Origin: Octopus vulgaris
Lineage: Eukaryota
DNA length: 64,000 bases
Assembly: GCA_951406725.2 (NCBI GenBank)
Contig: OX597838.1
Location: forward strand, 23,622,001 to 23,686,000
Direction: 5' to 3'
The position numbers and the translations under genes are program-made. The notes under the pieces were generated by a model. That model made no database searches, had not been told where the DNA came from, and saw only the letters and a list, made by a program, of their open reading frames with translations. Positions 1-12,670 of this stretch are shown here, in pieces (position 1 is the stretch's first letter; each line of letters begins with the position of its first letter).

Positions 1-420
1 GAAGGACGTAGTGTCCTGACAGCTAACAACTGATGCAAGTAGTTTTTATTCCACGCTCCAATAATTCTGAGCGTGAGAAAATGTTTCCGAAAGTCATGGG
101 TGCTGTGTTGTTTTTTTTATTCTGATTTTCTGAGTATGTCCACGAATGTTTGACATGGAATTCAAAAAGGTACATAAGGTTGTTGTCAGAAAGATGGTAG
201 ATAATCTTGTGGGATGTTTATCAAGTCAGATGACGGACGTCTGAGCTTCAATCACTAGCGTAGCTAAGTGGGGAGGGGCGGCGATTTTGGGTCTGCTGTA
301 GGCAACGTGTTTTTTTTTGGGGGGGGGGGGTCCGGGGGCGGCAAACGGAAGGGCTGCCCCGGGCGGTACACACTCTAGCTACGCTAGTGGCTTCAATGTG
401 TCCATGCCCAGAGAAGCAAA
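1..420 (-). mobile_element. CR1-clade LINE ORF2 C-terminal remnant, interrupted by a MITE; runs off the window start
   Basis: Reverse complement reads LASLGMDTLKLRR..DL / HKIIYH / SNIRGH.QK / KQHSTHDFRKHFLTLRIIGAWNK with frameshifts; same family as 13771-14122; matches the CR1 ORF2 C-terminal pattern (L..RR..DL, TRGH, FF..RV...WN.LP). Confidence 0.8.
253..389. mobile_element. hAT-type MITE (137 bp)
   Basis: Perfect 14-bp TIR CACTAGCGTAGCTA / TAGCTACGCTAGTG; perfect 8-bp TSD GCTTCAAT at 245-252 and 390-397; the CR1 sequence resumes across it. Confidence 0.9.
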
Positions 421-1221
421 ATGTTCAGAGTATTTGAACTCAGAACGTTAGGGAGCCGGAAGAAATATCGCAAAGCAATTTGTTCAATGTTCTAACGATT
501 CTGCCAGCTCGCCGCCTTGTGCTCTGTGGAAAAGGGTAAAAGAGGGGACAGAAAGAAGCAATAAAATAAGAAAAAATATGGCACTGACAACCAAAAGTCC
601 ATGCATATTACCCAGGTTAATACAAAAGACAAAGGTTTCACTTTATGTATCAAAATCTTTCTTATATACTAACCACAGTTGATAGTTTTAAGGTGCCCCT
701 TTATTCTCTCAATCAATCAAAAAAAAAAATGTCCCAGGAAATTAGCCTGCAACTGATAAATACAAGGTGGGGATTAGTGATTCAAGAGCGGCCAACTAAA
801 ATTGAAGTGCCACTTATAAGCTCGTTGTAGGTACGTATAGAGACTAAAATTACAACTCCATGTTGAATTACATGTTATACCGAGGGGGGAAAATTGCTTG
901 ACGTAAATCTCGAGTTGACACTTGTGGGTGAAAAACTGGGCAGACGGAAACAGTGCTGAAACCCGTCAAGAAGACTGAACCTGTAATTTAACGAGAGATT
1001 TGACTTCCGAATTTACGTTTTAAGAGTACACGTGTCCGTGGAATGTTCAGCCACTTACACGTTAATTTAATTAGCAGGAAATCGGGTTGATCGAACAACT
1101 GAGCAACACCTCCGAGAACTAAGGAGATCCATATATATATATGTATATATATAAAAAGTCCCGTCTTGAAATGACGTTTGGTTCCGGGGAGAATGAACCG
1201 GCATTTGAAAAACCGCGTCTA

Positions 1222-1235
1222 TTCACCATAGCAAC
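1222..1235 (+). promoter_or_regulatory. Candidate RFX X-box (distal)
   Basis: TTCACCATAGCAAC: canonical CCATAGCAAC part with one mismatch to the GTHNYYATRRNAAC consensus; CpG-rich stretch upstream of LC8 exon 1. Confidence 0.5.
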
Positions 1236-1417
1236 AAGCATTCTCCCTTTCCCTCGTTTACCGATCACCGCCCACTAATCCCTGCCCACCGTCGCCTTCA
1301 ACAACGTCGCTTCGTCTCCGCCATCACCGTTTGCACTAATTTTTAGTCGGCCATGTTGATTCAGACGAAATGCATGACGGGTTGATATAAGCCACTGTCG
1401 AATGCCGTCCAAAGCAG

Positions 1418-1444
1418 CCAATCAGGACGTTTCAAGCGACCAAT
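1418..1444 (+). promoter_or_regulatory. Tandem CCAAT (NF-Y) boxes of the LC8 promoter
   Basis: AGCCAATCAG (CCAAT 1418-1422) and GACCAATCGG (CCAAT 1440-1444), both with NF-Y-like flanks, 22 bp apart in a CpG-enriched segment. Confidence 0.7.
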
Positions 1445-1499
1445 CGGAGAGCTGGGTTGTCAGCTTTTTTTTATTTCTTTTTTCCTTTTGGCGGCGGCA

Positions 1500-1695
1500 C
1501 GCAAACTGAGTCTAACTGTAGTTCTTTCGGTTGCTAAGCAACAAGCAGTTTCCCCCTCATTCCAGAAGCGGTAGAAGAATTCTACTGTGCTGTTGAAAAA
1601 AGGTAAAAGAAAAAGGAAAGGAGAAACAACGAACAAACAAAATAACAACAACAATAGAAGATTCTTGCCGTGTTAGATTTAAAACAACCAAATAG
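1500..1695 (+). other. LC8 non-coding exon 1 (5'UTR; start approximate)
   Basis: Follows the CCAAT boxes; ends at donor ATAG|GTAGGG (GT 1696-1697); pairs with strong acceptor (T)nCTTCTTTCCAG ending 5318, six bases before the ATG. Confidence 0.6.
1530..1542. promoter_or_regulatory. RFX X-box near the presumed TSS
   Basis: GTTGCTAAGCAAC, near-palindromic GTTGC-n3-GCAAC RFX site. Confidence 0.65.
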
Positions 1696-4037
1696 GTAGG
1701 GGTTTTTTTTTTTCATTTATTTAATAATGTTCCGTCGTCAATTTTTGAAAACTCTCTTTGCAAAATGTTTCATGTTTCTGAGAAGAAATATCGATAATTA
1801 TGGTAATATTTATTATTAAAAAGGAAAAGAAATATCCGAATTTCTCTTTCTGTATTATAAGAATATGAATTCGAAAGACTTCTAAAAAGATAAGACTTTA
1901 TTTCGCTTCCATTCATTATTTCTGTTACATATATGTAACAGAAATGTGTGTTTCTTCTTTTGGCTTGTCATGTCATTTTATCGATTAATTTAAAACGAAA
2001 TGAATATATATTTAAAATGTATTTAATTTGACTGTTTTTAACGTATTGTTCACCTGTAAGTAAGTCTGGCTCCAGGTCATTTAGCCAAAGAAATTAACCT
2101 GGTTCGAGCTCACCTCTATCCATGCTAGCACAGGGAAAGGCTGCCTTTTTTTTTTAATCTAAAAATGTTAATTAAAAGAAAAGCCAAAGAGTCTCTCTTT
2201 ATATCTTTTTGGCTTAGATTTCTAATTTTCTCAAGTCATTTGTAGCTTAACTAAAAAGTTTGGTGAGGTCAAGATTTTTTTTTTTCTCTTTCTTCCCACC
2301 CACCCAAAGGGGAAAGCAGGCTGAAGATGTTCCGCATAATGAAGCCTGTGAGGAAAATGCCAAAAGTGGCAAACAAGTGTCGATATTCATCTCATAAATG
2401 CTGCTTCACCCTTCTTCTAGACGGTTCTAGGCGTTCAATGATGATTTTCAAACTGAAACATTTTTACCATTTCTCGCGCTAGGAACAAACATCTTTCGTT
2501 CTCCCTCGCTCGCTCTCTTTACACCATACTAAAACATACGTATACTAACATCTTCCACATACACATACTAAGGCAGCTTTCGCTCACACACTACCACATC
2601 TCTTCCACATTTACACTACCACATCTCTGCACATACACACGCATTCTAAAGCATCTTTCAATTTACTAACACATTTTTTTCCACAGATACACACTAAATC
2701 TCTCACAGTCTAACAAATCACTTACACACATACACACTAAAATATCTATATTCACGACTTAGATTTTGTCGAGTAGAAATTATATCGATGTTTAGTCACT
2801 TAATTCTAACTGTAACGCTGGGCTGATTGATTTTTTTCTTTTTCTTTTTTTTTTTTTTTGGTGTGTTAATTATTTACCATCGTCTGATGAGGGATAGGGG
2901 TTGATAGATTCTCCCCTCGTTCCTCTAGGATGTGGTGGGTTTATACAAAATAGGATGACTGTATTTTTAATAAAACTAATGAATTAGTATACATAACTAA
3001 ATTGACACAGCCCTTGTGTACAGAAGACTTTCTTAGAATGAGGAACAAATAAATGAAAATGTAAGTGATCAAATTAAGGCTGCGTATTCATTTTCGGGTG
3101 TGTATTTTGTTTAACCCAAAGCTCGGCCCCGATCGAGCTGACCTATAACTAGAAACATTTCAGCCGTAACTGTTTCGTCTTTTTCTCGTACTAGTAGTAA
3201 CTACGTCTGTGGAGGTGGGCATGTAGCTTTGGGGGATATTTTACTGCCGTTTCTAAAAGGTGTAGAGCGGCCACGTAACGGGCTCCCTTGCTGGCTCTGG
3301 AATGTGAGTTCATTGAAGTAGTGGTGAGGGTAAGGAGTTAATTAATCTCAGTTAAACAAGATAATCCGATGTAATTGCACTGGTAAAGCCCCTTATTCTG
3401 GTCAGAAATCCTTTATAAAAGTCTAAGCAAATGTCTTAAGTTATTGTTACATGCGTTTTTAAGTTCTGATTTTAATTCCATTCCGTAAGCGTCTTCGACT
3501 AAAACCAAAGAAGTGCAACGGACAAATATCTTTTAACGATAAAAAAAAAAAATAATAATAATGTTTTTGTCGTATTACAGTTGAAATTTTAGTTATCGTT
3601 TGCGGATTAAACGATAGAGGGGATCGGATTAACGAAGCTTTTACAACAAAAAAAAAATAATAAATAAAATCAAAGGAAAGTATTATGAAAAAATTTAGGA
3701 GGCTCCCCCGAAAAAAAAAATGCGATCAAGTGAAATGACAGTATGTCAAATTCTGTTAGATTTTGTTTTCAACGATAATCCCTTCGGAAATTATTAGAAT
3801 TCTTTTACAGTTCTTGGTAGATGGTTTCGTCATGCTAGCTGTTGTGCCTTTCTCCTCTGTTCTTCCTTTCTGTCTTTCTCTCTCTCTCTCACATACATAC
3901 ATACACACACACACACGCGAACATCCTTTCTCTCTTTTCCGCTGTGACATTTAACAAAAGATGTAACTGCGTGATAATGTCGTTTCGGGTTACAACAGCA
4001 CCACAGATGCATTTTAGTTTGAATCTGAAATGGTTAC

Positions 4038-4075
<38 letters not shown>

Positions 4076-5288
4076 AAGAGATATACACACACACACACAC
4101 ACATACACACGTACGCACGCACACAGGTTTCCAGCATCACCTCATTGTGTTTCGGAATAATGATTCTCTCTCAATAGAACTGTCATTTTCATTGCAAGTA
4201 ACGATATTCCAGCACTGCATCCTCCCTCTCTCCCTCGCTGTCTCTCCATCTTCCTGTCCCCCCCCCCCTCTCTCTACATCTGTATCATCTTGTTCTCCCT
4301 CTCTTCCTGTTGTCTCTTTCTTCATCTCTTACTCCATCTCTCTTTATCTTCCTGTTCTCTCTCTCCCTCTCCCCTTCCCCTCCCCCTGTTAAAACCCAAC
4401 ATCTCTCTCTAAACTAGTTTGGTTGCTGCACTCTCCAGATGTCTGTTGGTTATCGATAATGTTAGATCTCTTCACCGTGACGTTTGTATCATCAATTAGG
4501 AATTAAACACTTAAGGATGAGTGTAATTACATCACGTGCTTCCAGAGGCCCTACCTCACCTGTAATTATCTTTTTACGTTCGTTCTATTTACAATTTGAA
4601 ATATTTTGTGTTTTCATAGATAAACCTAGCAAGCCGAATATATCATTTTACTAAAGCTGGAATTTTTTTTTTTAAATGCAAAAAAAAAAAAAAAAAAAAA
4701 GAGTGGAAGTATAATATTAGTCATTAGTCGGGCTTGTATTTATAATCTCTATGCACTTGTTGTTGCCCTGTGCTGTACCCTAACCCCTGTATAAGGTATT
4801 ATTGTTTTTGAAGGTCTAAAGGTCTCTTTGCTACCTTTTGAATATTTTAACTTGAAGACGAAGAAATGTCTTTGATTCTAAAAGTGTGTCATTGATTGAA
4901 AATGTGAAAATGTATGAAGCAGTTTGTCTTAGCTGCAAGAGAAGGATTTTTTTTTTAATATGAAAAGCTTGCTTTAATTTCCCTTCCGGCTGAGACTAAA
5001 ATTGAGAGAATGTAAGTATTTATTTTGGCTGTAGCTGTTATATATGTATTATTATAGATCGTCAGACAAATATTTTGTGCTGTCTTTGTCCTGAGGTCAA
5101 ATTTTATCCAGGTCGACTTTGCTTTTCCATTCTGTTTTCCAGTGAAATACAACAGTCCGTTAGTCGATACCACTGGGAAAAAAAATGTATCTCAGCATGG
5201 CCACATTCCAATTATTGAGAATAATGAAAAATATTTTGTGCGTGTGTCTTTAAAGATGTAATGAATGAATGAATGAATATATATGTAA

Positions 5289-5594
<306 letters not shown>

Positions 5595-6102
5595 TTTAAG
5601 ACTGAAGAAATATGAAAATGTATAAATATATTATATATATAAAAGGAAGAAAAAAATGCGAAAAGGATGGGTAGCATCTTTTTCTGTTATTTATTTTTTA
5701 TTTTCTTTTTCTTTCTCTCTTTCTTTAAGACACTTGAGTAATGTTTCATGGTGACCATCTCCACTTCAGCTTCTGCCTGTTACTGTTACAAGGGTAGCTG
5801 CTAAAGATTCTGCTCACATCTTTTTTTTTTCTGGGTTTTTTTTTTTTTTTTACTTTCTTCGTTAAACAGCTTTAAGACAGCACTCTGACCATGCCCTAAA
5901 CAAATGGGCAACATTTTAGCACAGAAAAAGAATAACAAAAACAAAAACCAACCAACCAACCAACCAAATCTGCAAGTGATGGCAATTTTTTATATTCCTT
6001 TTAACTTTGAATTAAACTTTCTCTTAACATAATTTGTCTTTGCCAGGAGTTGTAAGAAAACAAATTATATAACACTGTGCAAGTATTTAATTTTATCATG
6101 AT

Positions 6103-6115
6103 AATAAAAATTAAA
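6103..6115 (+). terminator. Proximal polyadenylation signal of LC8
   Basis: AATAAA 6103-6108 plus ATTAAA 6110-6115 followed by a T-rich tract, about 500 nt after the stop. Confidence 0.55.
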
Positions 6116-7525
6116 TCTTGCAATTATCATTTTTTTTTTTTCTCTCTCCTCTATATTATATTCACGACTCATTTTAAAATCTGACCAGCTTCACCATTGT
6201 CGAAAAGTATGCAGACTGGGATGGTAGCTAATTGATTCTAGTAGCCCTCAACCATGACTGACTCGTTTTGTTTTTTCTCTCTCTCTCCTTCGTCCCCCCT
6301 ATTTGTTTTTGTTTGTTTGTTTTTTTATATAATTTTTCTTTTTGTTTCCACTTAAGTAAAATACGGTCATTGCACATGTTTAGTCCCATCTCCCGGTTTT
6401 ACCAGTGCTCATTTAGGAACATCTTTTCTCTGAACAGTCTTCCTCTTTTGAGCTGTAAATATTTTCTCCTCTCTAAAATCTCAGCAAATGGAAAGCAAAA
6501 CCACAAAAAAAAAACCTGCTACTTTGCTCTGTAAATGTGTCTGTTATACAGAATTTCCACTGTTATAATAATAATAATAATATTGTATGAATTAAAGATA
6601 ACAAAGGCATTTAGCTATAATCTGTTAGTTTGAAGGTGTGTATGAATGATGTTTAAAGTTAGCTACTGTTGGTGTTTCTGGTTTTCTCTTCTACCATTGT
6701 AACCTGTCATATTTTCTTTGACTACATTTTTGTAAATATAAACTTTTCTGTGTTATTTGACCTGTTATTTTCTTTTTTTTTGTTTTGTGTTTGTTTGCCA
6801 AATGCGAGACAGCTTTTGTCAAATTTGTTCATGAATGATTTTTTTTTTTTTTTTTAATTTAACTTTATTTTAGAACAAAATTGGTTACAGAACATTGTTA
6901 AAACTGTTTTAAAGTCAATGATGTATATTTATAAGCACCGATCTGAGTTGGAAGAAGAGACAAAAAAAAAAAAAAAAAAAAAAAACAGGGCTAGTGTTAG
7001 GGATTGGAGCTCTAGCCATCTTATAGCTTGTCTGGTGGTTAAGATAAATTGTTACACTATAGAGAGAGCACCTGCCAGGTTCTATTCAAATTAGATACAG
7101 ATTCGTTTGTGCTCCTTTTTAATGCCTTAGTTTTGTAAGGCAGAATAAGTTTATTCAAGTAATAATCCAGTATAGCTAGGTATCGTCCTAACTCTACCTC
7201 TTTTAATATTTGGTTCCAGATATAAACCACCACTTCTAGGAATTAAATTATGCATTAATTGGTGCTTATACCTATCATGTACATTTAAATTTCTAAGCAT
7301 TTAATTCATGCTCTGCTGAATTATCAAAGGAAAGCCAGAACTACCCAAGATTCTGTCATGTTCTAGACTAAAGATGCTAATTGTATGTAAAATTGCTAAG
7401 AACACCTCACTTCAGAGCAGCAATCTACTGTAAGGTCAGTTAAGGATTACTCATTGAATGCAAATAGTATTTAGTGTCTTGTACATACTTGTTCACACAA
7501 TTTGTGGTTTTTATATGAAGACTTG

Positions 7526-7531
7526 AATAAA
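7526..7531 (+). terminator. Possible distal polyadenylation signal of LC8
   Basis: AATAAA followed by GT-rich sequence (TGTGTTGTGATGTT, TTTGTGTTGTT) at the end of a TE-free T-rich block. Confidence 0.35.
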
Positions 7532-9674
7532 AAGAGAAAAAAAGAATATTTGTCACAATCTCTGAAGTTGCAGATGTGTTGTGATGTTCATACCTTTTTT
7601 CTGAATGCAGTTAAAACCGTTTTGTGTTGTTACTCTTGTATTGAGCTTATAAAAGGATTAGCCAAAGAATTCCTAGCTCCAAATATATATATATATATTT
7701 TTTTTCCGTGTTTTGTGTGTTTGATATAACTGAGACTACTTGTTTCTGTGTTACTAGATTGCAAATTTTAGTGTTCAAATTAGAGTTTATGAAGATGTAA
7801 GGCAATTTTTATATTCAATTTAACGCGGGTGTTGTGTTAGAAAAGCCATATGGTGCATAAAGGTACTCATCTTTCTATCGTCTGCAAACTCGAATCTGCT
7901 ACAGGCACCATCCATGTATGAGATATCTTCACAAGGTAAATAACAGTATTGTCCTAACACCACATCCACTGTTAAGTTGGACATAAAGACTGCCCTTTGA
8001 ATTAATACTGCTTCTGTCACTACCTCTTGGTACAGCGTACACCCACACCAATTGATTGGCCCCAGTGATACAAACTGAAAGGACTCTGAGGCTGATCCAT
8101 CGGCCCAATGGAGAAGATATGTGAAGGGTTGGTTTTGAAGTGTAATAAGCTAATGAGATGGTCCTTCAGTAGTTGTTTCTCCTCAATCATTTAGCATCCT
8201 TCCATGGGTTGCACAGTTTGACAGATGGCCAGGCAGGAGCTTGTGCCATGCTTCTGTGTCTCTTGGCATGGTTTTTATGTCTTGGTGTTTTAAAAAGAAA
8301 AAAAAGCCTTTTTGGTTACACATAACAAAACACTGTCTCTAAAGGGTTAAAACAAATTTTGTACAAAATTCCAAACCCCTTAATAATACATTGGAATGAA
8401 ACAGTTTGGCACGGCCATTTTGTATGTAGGTGACTTGACTCAACATTTGGCCTGGTTTCAGCACTGGCAGCAAATACACACATGCACACATACACGCACA
8501 CACACACAGTGGCATGACAATTTATTAATTGAACAAACATTTTCCCCTCTACTCATACACAGAAAGAGAAATTGCTCACACAAAGAAGTGGGGGGTGGAG
8601 AATGAGAAACGTTAAAATGTCAAATAAGTCAGCAGTGCCAAAACAGACACATTGCATATAACCATGTGCAGTTTATGTGCACACACACACACACAATATA
8701 CATACATGGGCTTCTACCAAATCCATTCATAAGGCTTTGTTCAGCCTGGGGCTATAGTAGAAGATACTTTCTCAAGATGCTATACATGCAATAAGTTGCG
8801 TGTGTGTGCATATACACATTGTATATGTATAATTTCTTTTAGGGATTTTTTTTTTTTTTTAAGGACTTCTGTTCATTCATGTGGATAAAACTGTTACTGG
8901 TCAGGGGCAACTTTGCCTGTGGTCGGTTTTTCAAGGGCAGGGGAGTTAAATTATCAGTCAAAGGCAGTAGGAGTATAATTACATTAAACCAGATTCCTTG
9001 TATTCGTTCCAGCTCTTCACATTCTGAGTTCAAATCCCACGATGGGGCCTACTTGGGTGATTCCACTTAACCTGTCACCTAAATTTAACACCACCATTTG
9101 GAACCCCCTGGTTTCTTTAGTAAGGTACCCTCTATTGCAAGCATGTCGGATCTCTGGTTTGAGGATTTCTTCCTTCCTTCCAGATTTGGAGACCCTTATT
9201 AAGGGTTGTTGGGTAATGCCTTCCTTTGAAACCTGCAGTGTGTTCCATCAGTTTTATGGCTACGAATGAATTAGCCCCTTCAGAATTTAAACAGGCCATA
9301 TCTGGCCTTTTGCACTTAGCCTGCAATATATTTTAAAAGTAAACAAATCTTGAAGTTATGAGGTAATGCAGAATCCAAGGCAATGTGAATAAGCATAACA
9401 TTTGACAATCTGAATGATAAAAGGGTTTTAAACATGTTTGAGAATTGACTGTTCTAGGGAGTGGAAACTGAGCTTTCAAAGGAGCACGTATATGGTCTGT
9501 CGACCTGCTAGATATGGCAGCCAAATCTTGTTACGTCTCCCATTTAAAAAGAAAAAAGGGAAAAGCCATGTTGGGTAATGGGAAGCTTTATGAAAATAAA
9601 CAAAAGACGAAGGCAGGTGGAATACAAACAAACAATTGTATTAGTATGGCGCTCAGGAATATAAATAAAACAAG

Positions 9675-9712
9675 TCTTTAACGTTTCGAGCCTATGCTCT
9701 TCGACAGAAAGA
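9675..9712 (-). ncRNA. Minimal type I hammerhead-like motif in a Penelope-like terminal repeat (variant core)
   Basis: Minus strand UCUUU-CUGUCGA-A-GAGC-AUAG-GCUC-GAAAC-GUU-AAAGA: 5-bp stem I, 4-bp stem II, palindromic ACGU at stem III; core differs from CUGANGA at A6. Confidence 0.55.
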
Positions 9713-9875
9713 AACAAGGAGAGAAAAAAAATGTGTGCAGAGGCTAGCGAATCAACATGGCAATCTGAATAATGTTGGGTAATGAACTGATATACAAAAA
9801 TACTGGGTGGAAATGGATATCTCACTGTAAAAAAAAAATCTTAAATCCCCATGCAGCCAAGGGAATTTATTTGGA

Positions 9876-9906
<31 letters not shown>

Positions 9907-10512
9907 GTGAAACGTCTTAAATGGATGTTTAAACATGCAAAAACGAAAATCACGACTTGTATGTCTTGGTTTATGTCTAGAATGTTCTGAACTGACCTGT
10001 GGAGAACAACAGCGTAATGGACTTTAAATGGATCTTTTCTGAAAGTACTACAGAAGCAAGTTGTTTGTAAGCTGAAGGACTGCAGATGTTATATTATACA
10101 ACATGGGCCTATAAGTGATAAAGTCTGCTTACATGTTGCATTTTGTGGGCAAAGCCTAGTCCTGTCAGCTTTGGGCCATCTCGTACAACAAACTAATGAG
10201 TAAACCTCTATGTGGACAATGAATCTGCTAGAAGTATATCCAAGATCTGCTGGTGTATATCTAGAAAAACTGATCTCTTGGGTACACTTATATCTTAAAC
10301 AAAGGTGTTCATGGTTTAAAACCTGATTGTGGAGCTGTCTGGGATCCTTGTGGGCTCACTACCATCTGTGATCGGCTGCAAAATCATGTACCCCCAATGT
10401 TTTTGTTTCTGCAGTTCTAAATGACTTGGTGAATTGAATAATGAGTGTATTGTATCATGTACGAAGCAGTTTTTATTTGGTTGAACACAGTAATGACTCT
10501 AAGTTAGGCATG

Positions 10513-10760
10513 TGAAAGGTTGGAAAGTCCAGTTTGCTGGACATTGTTGTAAAGCTGAAAACGAGATAATTTCTACTCTTCTCCTCTGGAAGCCATCTAC
10601 TCGCAATACCAGAGGGCGCACACTCTCCTACCCTGATGTAATCTCCAGGGATACAGGCATCTAGCAACAGGACCTCCGTAATGCTATGATGGACCGTGAA
10701 GTCTGGCATAGCATGGTAAATTCCATTGTCTCGACCACGGTCGAACAATGATGATGATGA
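10513..10760 (+). mobile_element. RTE-clade LINE 3' fragment with (TGA)n tail
   Basis: Translates KVQFAGHCCKAENEIISTLLLWKPSTRNTRGRTLSYPDVISRDTGI*QQDLRNAMMDREVWHSMV, the RTE-type ORF end (FAGHC, LLLW.P, RGR, AM.DR..W), then TGATGATGATGA. Confidence 0.8.
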
Positions 10761-10772
10761 CAGGCGTAAATC

Positions 10773-11107
10773 AAGGCGGCGAGCTGGCAGAAACGTTAGC
10801 ACACCGGATGAAATGTGTAGCTGTATTTCGTCTGAGTTCAAATTCCACCGAGGTCGATTTTTGCCTTTCATCCTTTCAGGGTCGATAAATTAAGTACCAG
10901 TTACGCACTGGGGTTGATGTAATCGACTTAATCCGTTTGTCTGTCCTCTCTGTGTTTAGCCCCTTGTGGGTAGAAAAGAAATAGGTATTTCGTCTGCTGT
11001 TTCGGGGTTGATAAATTAAGTACCAGTTATGCACTGGGGTCGATATAATCAACTTAAACCGTTTTGTCTCCTCTGTGTTTAGCCCCTTGTGGGTAGTAAA
11101 GAAATAG
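10773..11107 (+). mobile_element. SINE family A (tRNA-derived head, Nin/Deu-like body), dimer
   Basis: Head AAGGCGGCGAGCTGGCAGAAACGTTAGC..GAGTTCAAATTCC (A/B boxes), body GCCTTTCATCCTTTCGGGGTCGATAAA..AGTACCAG; many copies in the window. Domain name is from recall. Confidence 0.85.
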
Positions 11108-11368
11108 GTTAGGCATGAATGTCGTATCTTATTTCTCCTCTGCTTTCTTTATGGTGTTAAATATAGTTTTTCTATTTAATCAATATCATATTGACTTATA
11201 GATTATTTTCCTCGTTTTCTTGGGCCTTCAGCTTCTGATAGCGAATTGTGGGGCATTGTTATAACATACAGTAATTTGACTTTTAACTTGGTGGAGCCCA
11301 TTCCTCTCCAGCTGTGACTACAGTCAATTTCTTCCAGGGAGAAAAAAGCAACTCCACAATGCAACTGG

Positions 11369-11940
11369 AAGGCAGCAAGCTGGTAGAAACATTAGCACGC
11401 CAGGCAAAATGCTTAGCGGTATTTCGTCTGCCGCTATGTTCTGAGTTCAAATTCCACCGAGATCGACTTTGCCTTTCATCCTTTCGAGGTCGATCAAATA
11501 AGTACCAGTTACACACTGGGGTTGATATATTCGACTTAATCCGTTTGTCCTCTCTGTGTTTAGCCCCTTGTGGGTAGTAAAGAAATAGGTATTTCGTCTG
11601 CCACTACGTTCTGAGTTCAAATTCCGCCGAGGTCGACTTTGCCTTTCATCCTTTCAGGGTCGATTAAATAAGTAGCAGTTACACACTGGGGTCAATATAA
11701 TCAACTTAATCCATTTGTCTGTCCTTGTTTGTCCCCTCTGTGTTTAGCCCCTTGTGGGTAGTAAAGAAATAGGTATTTCGTCTGTCTTTACGTTCTGAGT
11801 TCAAATTCCGCCAAGGTTGACTTAGCCTTTCATCCTATCAAGGTCAATTAAGTTAAGTACAAGTTGCATACTGGGGTCGATCTAATCAACTGGCCCCTTC
11901 CCCAAAAATTTCGGGGCCTTGTGCCTAGAGTAGAAAAGAT
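11369..11940 (+). mobile_element. SINE family A trimer
   Basis: One headed unit plus two head-less units restarting at GTATTTCGTCTG (11589, 11773). Confidence 0.85.
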
Positions 11941-12344
11941 TATTTATCTATTGGACTTCAAAGAATAAAATGCAGAGTCAACTTTGGGGCCTCAGCCATT
12001 GAGTACAGATAGTTGCAATGAAGATGAGTGGAGCATTATGTCCGATGCTCTTGACTATGCCAGTATTTTATGTGCAGTGGTAGAGAAGCTCGTGTTTGTG
12101 GGGAAGTGATGAAATACAAGATTAATGGTACATTTCATTTGACCAGGAAGAGGAATTAAATTGGCGGGGAAATTTATAAAGTTGATAACAGCATATTTGG
12201 AATTCAGTGACAGTCAGTAAATTGGTTTTGTGTCAATTAGTGAGGGAGATTTCTTTATTTTGGCACTCAGGCCACTAACATAGAGGGGGACACTACAAGG
12301 GCAGACACAACACCACAGTGGGGACAATGAACACAAAACGAATC

Positions 12345-12670
12345 ATCATCATTTAACGTCCGTTTTCCGCGCTAGCACGGGTTGGACGGTTCGACCAGGG
12401 TCTGGGAAGCCAGGGGCTGCACCAGGCTCCAGTCTGATCTGGCAGAGTTTCTACAGCTGGATGCCCTTCCTAACGCCAACCACTCCACGAGTGTAGTGGG
12501 TGCTTTTTACATGCCACCTGCACAGGTGCCAGGGGGGGTCCGGCATCGGCCACGATCGGTTGGAGCTTTTAACGTGCCACCGGCACGGAAGCCAGCCAAG
12601 GCGGCGCTGGCAACGGCCACGTTCGGATGGTGCTTTTTATGTGCCACCGGCACAGAAGTCAGTCGGGGCG
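12345..12670 (-). mobile_element. Repeat family D (SINE-like, (GAT)n tail); other copies near 33786-33932, 36727-37495, 54620-54920, 56155-56385, 58470-58672, 58925-59030
   Basis: Recurrent GTGGTTGGCGTTAGGAAGGGCATCCAGCTGTAGAAA...CATGCTAGCATGGAAAACGGACGTTAAACGATGATG, preceded by internal repeats of GTGCC.GTGGCACGTAAAAAGCACC. Confidence 0.8.

Noticed and set aside
2440-2456. Intronic C/D-box snoRNA (ATGATGA...CTGA)
   Set aside because: Boxes only a few bases apart; no terminal stem or guide region.
2884-2930. CTGATGA hammerhead candidates (also 22400, 60297)
   Set aside because: No stem II followed by GAAA at a suitable distance.
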